Below are positions 59,268-64,000 of a stretch of DNA of 64,000 nt, piece after piece. The DNA is from Candidatus Thorarchaeota archaeon (GTDB taxonomy: Archaea > Asgardarchaeota > Thorarchaeia > Thorarchaeales > Thorarchaeaceae). Under the pieces are notes generated by a model. It saw only the letters and a list, made by a program, of their open reading frames with translations. It searched no databases and was not told the DNA's origin. Each line of letters opens with the position of its first letter. Position 1 is the stretch's first letter. Made by a program: the position numbers and the translations under genes. The stretch spans positions 64,001 through 128,000 of the forward strand of contig JBHLRP010000003.1 of the NCBI GenBank assembly GCA_048882485.1. The letters run 5' to 3'.

Positions 59268-59999
59268 ATGTCTTCTAGAGAGCCTGACATTGCACGACGC
59301 GAATTCAAGCATGGGAAAGTTGCGTATGGCTTTCAATGGAATAAGACTCATCATGAACGCTTGGGAAAGCATGAGGGGGATCTTGCTTCCCTTTGGGCTC
59401 ATATGACAAATATCACCTCTGGCAAGGTTCCGTCTGAACCATTCTCCGATCCATTCTATGCGAGGGCTTCCTCCCTGAAGTTGCCAACGATGAATGCTAC
59501 AAAGAAGGCAGCCATGAAGAACCGCTTGTTTAGAACAGGATCTGTAAAACGTTTCATGGATAGTGACCTAATTAGCAAGCTAAGAGACTACCATCGTGCA
59601 AACAACAATCTAAGTTACAACGCGGACCATGGAATAGTGAGAGAGTTCCTATACAATGATCCTAAAACTATTGCAATTGAAATCCCCGTGTGGTCTGAAC
59701 GATATCGTCTGTCAGGGCATGTAGATCTCCTCAGATTCGTGGGAGACACTGTTGAGGTATGCGATTACAAACCAGGGCCCATGCATTCTACTAGCAATCG
59801 ATTCTTGGAATCAATACCACAAATCGCGGCCTATGGCGAGATGATGGCACATCACCTCGCGGGCACTCTGAGAAGCGCGCTTGATGCACCCCTACTCCCC
59901 AAAATTCGCTGCTGCGTCTTTGACACTCATGCATGCTGGGAGTTTGGTGCCGAGATGTTTGTGACTCTGATGGAATCTGGAAAGATATCTGGCTTCTAA
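59268..59999 (+). CDS. PD-(D/E)xK RecB-like nuclease
   Basis: EIPV...SGHVDLL...VCDYKP...QIAAYG. Confidence 0.8.
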   Translation: MSSREPDIARREFKHGKVAYGFQWNKTHHERLGKHEGDLASLWAHMTNITSGKVPSEPFSDPFYARASSLKLPTMNATKKAAMKNRLFRTGSVKRFMDSDLISKLRDYHRANNNLSYNADHGIVREFLYNDPKTIAIEIPVWSERYRLSGHVDLLRFVGDTVEVCDYKPGPMHSTSNRFLESIPQIAAYGEMMAHHLAGTLRSALDAPLLPKIRCCVFDTHACWEFGAEMFVTLMESGKISGF

Positions 60000-60832
60000 T
60001 TCCGCCCGTTCTTGACAACTGTCATAGTCACATTTTCTTCAATACTGAGCAATCCTGTGTCTGCATTCCGAGTTTTTAATAGGATTGTAGGCCTCTGTGA
60101 TACAAGTCCTTCTCGAATTCGTGAAAAGTAATTCTCGCTGAGCACTCCGAAACGACCGAGTGCAGGGTCAACCGGAACCCATCCTCGCTTCTCTAGGAAG
60201 ATTTCGCACCACGCATGAGGTTCCGGCTTGGGTTGCCCCTTAAAGAAGTGACCAATGACCCTTCTGGAGGGAATCTTGACCGCTCTTGTCAGCGCAATGA
60301 ATAGGTCTGCATGTTCATCACAATCCCCCTCTTTTTCCAGCGCTGCTCTTGCCGCTCCTATCCGCTCGTCTAGGTGAGTCTTTAGCTTCACTCGCTCTCG
60401 TACCACTTGAAAAGCCAGCCTTCCATATGAAAGATCTCCGTCGCTCTTTTCTGCGATACCTTGAGACAACGTTTGAATGATTGGCTTGTCCAATTCCCAG
60501 TATCTTTGCATAGAACTATACATACCTATTGTCTGGTTCCTGATGGATTCTGGAATTGATCGCTGCTCAATTAGCCAATCTCTAGCCGTAGTATCAATTC
60601 GCAGAATCACGGTAGGAGAGAAAGCTTCACCGGGACTGATCTCTGGAACCTTCATGACCGCAACAATATTCTTCTCTGCTCTCTCCATCACCCTGGCTGG
60701 AGGAAAGACATCAATCATCTCAACAAACTGATTGTCCATGTCAGTAAAGAGATGCCAAATAAGCCGTCCATTACGAATCTTGGATTTTCCCCGATTCAAT
60801 ACATCGGCTTGCATCTCGATGCGTAATCTCAC
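59996..60832 (-). CDS. Transglutaminase-like cysteine protease
   Basis: GDCDEHA, HAWCE, WVPVDP (Cys-His-Asp triad). Confidence 0.88.
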   Translation of the reverse strand: MRLRIEMQADVLNRGKSKIRNGRLIWHLFTDMDNQFVEMIDVFPPARVMERAEKNIVAVMKVPEISPGEAFSPTVILRIDTTARDWLIEQRSIPESIRNQTIGMYSSMQRYWELDKPIIQTLSQGIAEKSDGDLSYGRLAFQVVRERVKLKTHLDERIGAARAALEKEGDCDEHADLFIALTRAVKIPSRRVIGHFFKGQPKPEPHAWCEIFLEKRGWVPVDPALGRFGVLSENYFSRIREGLVSQRPTILLKTRNADTGLLSIEENVTMTVVKNGRN

Positions 60833-60944
60833 TACCCAACCTCACTCAATTCCAACAAGTCGTTCCTACTGCGAATAGATTTATGTGTTGTCTGCTACTC
60901 CAGACCTATTGCCTCAATGATTGATAGGTTAGTGAGGTTCGCTT

Positions 60945-62405
60945 ATGAGCAAAGATCCTAAGGACTCCCCCGAGCGAACGGGAGTAGTCGACGAATTGCT
61001 TGAGGAACTTGGTGTTGATGAGAGTCTCAAAAAGGATCTCATCGATTCAGGACGAATGCAGACTGATGTCTTCATGGTAGAGTCTGCAGAGCAAGTTCGC
61101 CGGCGGTTGGAGATAGAACGGAGTGCTGAAAGGCTCAGAGATAGTCTTGTCCTACTTGAACGCAACATGATGAATGTTGATGCTACCGTTGACAGGGTCG
61201 AACGTGACCTAGTACCGGTTGTACTCTCTTTCTTGGTTGGACTAAAGGGGAACCTTGTGAATCTTAGGACGTCAATTATTGGTCGGAGCAAGCGAAGAGC
61301 CAAGACAAACCTACAGGCTGCTTATGTTGAAACAGAGGTCAAATCCATCGTTGAAGAAGAGTTCGAGAAAGTTGAGGAAACACTCACTACCGGTATGTCT
61401 GCTCCAATAATGGAGAAGGTGAAAGACATCACAGATGGCCTCAAGGGCTCCATGAAGACTACATTTGAAGAAATGACCACCCTAAAGTCAAGCGTGGATG
61501 GTTTCACACAGCGCGCAACAACAGAGCTTGAGTTTCTTTCTAAGGAGCTGTTGATGAAGCCAAAGGAAATCACTTCTGTTGAACTCACCAGCAAAGTCAA
61601 GGAGCTCGAAAGACAAGTAGAGGAGCTCACACGTGATTTGGGTGTTGCTGAGGAGCGCCTGAAGAATAGAGAAGAAGAGATTGCCAGAGTTCAAACTGAT
61701 TACAATGAAGCCAAAGCCAAAGAGGATTTGCTTGAAGAAACCATTGCGAAGATGAAGGCTGCTCCTCAGGTTGATGCAGATGTTCTGGTTGACCTTAGAC
61801 AAAAGGTAAAGTCTCTAGAAACCGAACGCGATCTTCTAGCAAAGCGAGTGGGAGAGGAAGAGAGTCGTGCTTCCACTGCGGAAACGGCGGCAGCTGAACA
61901 CCGATCAATGGTTTCAAAGAAGGAAATTGAGATTGGTGACTTGAAAGCTCAAGGAGCTGGACTTCAGAGTCAAATCGATTCTACTAGGGAACAACTGCTT
62001 GAAGTTGACGATCTTCGAGCGCGCCTTCGATCATATGAGTCGGGAGACAAGATGCGAGAGCTTGAACGCTTGCATAGTGAATATGATCGAATCAATGCTA
62101 CATTTGAAAGAATGAAGAAGGACCACGATAAGACCCTTGCACGCCTACGGTATACAGAGCTGCGCTTGGAAGGATATCTCGGGCTTATGGAAGCAACTGA
62201 CAAGACAAAGGGCTTCCTAATGATTGAGGAGAATAAAGAGATGTCCGTAAAGGCGATAGCCAATGCATTGGGCGTGTCCCAACCCATAGTCAGGAAATGG
62301 GCTGAGGATTACCAGAAGCTCGGTATTGCGCAGATTAAGGATGACGGAGAAACAATTGTCCTTGACAAGATGTTGATAGTACTGGAAGAGGATGAGGGGC
62401 AGTAG
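60945..62405 (+). CDS. Long coiled-coil protein with C-terminal winged-HTH
   Basis: Heptad-rich E/K/L/R sequence over about 350 aa; MSVKAIANALGVSQPIVRKW-x3-Y-x2-LG. Confidence 0.7.
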   Translation: MSKDPKDSPERTGVVDELLEELGVDESLKKDLIDSGRMQTDVFMVESAEQVRRRLEIERSAERLRDSLVLLERNMMNVDATVDRVERDLVPVVLSFLVGLKGNLVNLRTSIIGRSKRRAKTNLQAAYVETEVKSIVEEEFEKVEETLTTGMSAPIMEKVKDITDGLKGSMKTTFEEMTTLKSSVDGFTQRATTELEFLSKELLMKPKEITSVELTSKVKELERQVEELTRDLGVAEERLKNREEEIARVQTDYNEAKAKEDLLEETIAKMKAAPQVDADVLVDLRQKVKSLETERDLLAKRVGEEESRASTAETAAAEHRSMVSKKEIEIGDLKAQGAGLQSQIDSTREQLLEVDDLRARLRSYESGDKMRELERLHSEYDRINATFERMKKDHDKTLARLRYTELRLEGYLGLMEATDKTKGFLMIEENKEMSVKAIANALGVSQPIVRKWAEDYQKLGIAQIKDDGETIVLDKMLIVLEEDEGQ

Positions 62406-62406
62406 T

Positions 62407-62859
62407 CTAGGCCTTCTGCACCTTACTAAAGAATTGGACTACCTCTAATTGCCCGTCTATCTGCAACACACTCTCGTAGAGCTTCTCAATCCATTCTGAG
62501 CTTGCTGAGCTAGTCATATATTGCTTCATAGCGGGTTTCAAGACATCCTGCACGAAAGTCCTTCTCAGACATTCGAGAGCCTCGACTAGCTCAGCACCCA
62601 ATTGACCGGACCTAAGAGCGTTTTTCACAGCAAGATATTGCACTCTACATTTTCGTGATGCGACATGTCTTTTCCTTGGTCCATCCAGAGCTTGCTTTGC
62701 TAGAGAGAAGTACTAGTCTGTGGCTTTGCTGAAGTCAGTGACTGCTAGATACTTGGTTTCTGAACACCGGCTAAGGAATGGCCTAGTCCTGTCAGTGACT
62801 GAACCAAACAGGCCGCTGAGTGTTTGGAACTCCCTAGGTTTCTTCAACAGAAAAACCAT
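62407..62859 (-). pseudogene. 150-codon ORF interrupted by one in-frame TAG (pseudogene, sequencing error or readthrough)
   Basis: Frame of the 78-aa ORF continues upstream to ATG at 62859 with one TAG at 62713-62715. Confidence 0.5.
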
Positions 62860-62954
62860 CAGCAAATGGGTCTGAACTCATTTTAATCTTGACACTCCCA
62901 TTATTCTCACACACCATAAGACGAATAAGAGTCAACGGGAACGAGACCCTGATT

Positions 62955-64000
62955 ATGAAGGAAGCAGTGCTCTATTCCAACCTGAAGGAAGGAGTCAGAT
63001 GTGATCTATGCGCCAGAAGGTGTGTCATACGTGAGGGTGAAACCGGTTTCTGTAGAGTGAGAAGCCTGAAGAATTCCAAGCTATACACATCTGTCTATGG
63101 GCTGATTGATGGAATGGCAGCTGATCCAATCGAGAAGAAACCCTTGTTTCACTTTGCGCCTGGTTCTAGAACATTCTCTATTAGCACCTCTTCGTGTAAC
63201 TTCAGATGTCAATTCTGTTTGAACTATCATTCCTCCCACCGTGATAGTCCAGTAGGTCGCCAAATGAGTCCTGAAGCAATCGTGAATCAGGCTGAACAGA
63301 CAGAATGCGCTGGAATAACATACACATATACTGAGCCCACTATCTTCATGGAGCTCGCATATGATACTGCAAGGATAGCAAACTCGAAGGGAATGTTCAA
63401 CACATTTGTCACTAATGGCTACATGACAGTAGAGGCAGTAGACTACATTGCACCGTATCTTGATGCCGCATCTGTTAACCTCAAAGGAAGTGCTAACAAA
63501 GCGTTCATGCAGCAGTACATGGACGTCCCTAAGCCTGAGCCTATATTCAATTCAATGATCCGCATGAAGGAGAGGGGCATCTTCATAGAAATAACAAATC
63601 TGATTATTCCCGAAATTGGTGATCATGAAAATGACACAAGAGCTTTATCAGAGTGGGTTGTGGATAATCTTGGTCCTAGGACTCCGCTTCATATAATTGC
63701 TTTTTCTCCTACATTTAAGATTACGAACCTTCCCCGAACTCCAGCAAGAATGCTGGAGAGGCACATCAAGATAGCAAGAGACTCTGGACTGACCTTTGTT
63801 TATTCTGGAAACATAGGTGGACATGACTACGAGAATACATACTGTCCGGAATGCGGCTATAGGGCAATAGAGCGCTATGGAGTTTATTTGAAGAGGAACC
63901 ATCTCAACAAACAAGGTAACTGCCCAAATTGTAATGCAAATCTGAATATTCAGGGAGTGCAATGGATGGGCGAGGGCACTCCACGCCTGACCTTTTTCTA
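62955..64000 (+). CDS. amrS: AmmeMemoRadiSam-type radical SAM enzyme (stop lies at or just beyond the window edge; not in ORF track)
   Basis: CDLCARRC-x6-TGFCRVR, DPIEKKPLFHF, CNFRCQFCLN, YTYTEP, VTNGY, YSGN, T-x-CPECG, CPNC. Confidence 0.9.
   Translation, partial: MKEAVLYSNLKEGVRCDLCARRCVIREGETGFCRVRSLKNSKLYTSVYGLIDGMAADPIEKKPLFHFAPGSRTFSISTSSCNFRCQFCLNYHSSHRDSPVGRQMSPEAIVNQAEQTECAGITYTYTEPTIFMELAYDTARIANSKGMFNTFVTNGYMTVEAVDYIAPYLDAASVNLKGSANKAFMQQYMDVPKPEPIFNSMIRMKERGIFIEITNLIIPEIGDHENDTRALSEWVVDNLGPRTPLHIIAFSPTFKITNLPRTPARMLERHIKIARDSGLTFVYSGNIGGHDYENTYCPECGYRAIERYGVYLKRNHLNKQGNCPNCNANLNIQGVQWMGEGTPRLTFF

Noticed and set aside
59268-59999. Cas4
   Set aside because: RecB-like motifs are present but the four-Cys Fe-S pattern and CRISPR context are absent
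60945-62405. SMC/Rad50 ATPase
   Set aside because: No Walker A/B, signature motif, hinge or Zn-hook
1-64000. Genome-wide TAG or TGA recoding; selenoprotein
   Set aside because: Many well-defined genes end at TAG or TGA at their expected C-termini; no in-frame TGA was found in the redox genes

Overview
Gene-dense archaeal chromosome segment. An Asgard origin, most likely Thorarchaeia, is inferred from mer, two-domain Rpo5/Rpb5 subunits, NreA, EndoQ, an ASH-Ski2-type helicase and an ALG14/ALG13 pair. The flanks (about 1-32.4 kb and 53.8-64 kb) carry housekeeping genes for beta-oxidation, transport, DNA repair, RNA decay and redox. The centre (about 32.5-53.6 kb) is a visibly AT-richer surface-glycan island. 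Its core is a bacterial-type acyl-carrier-protein operon: MaoC, ACP, AMP-ligase, Fe-ADH, LuxE, LuxC, LpxD-like acyltransferase, GalT-like enzyme and PPTase, with a convergent hydrolase. The order of five of these functions matches the Vibrio cholerae O1 wbeKLMNO tetronate module. Around it lie FkbM methyltransferases, a recently amplified 6-blade lectin-like propeller, a PIG-L deacetylase, glycosyltransferases and a TagF-like polyol-phosphate transferase. Other highlights are tandem Rpb5-like paralogs with a shared promoter motif, a 40-aa desulforedoxin missing from the ORF track, a probable non-canonical start for luxC, and an ORF interrupted by a single TAG. No rRNA, tRNA, CRISPR array, integrase or transposase was recognised. 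All calls come from reading motifs by eye, without database searches.
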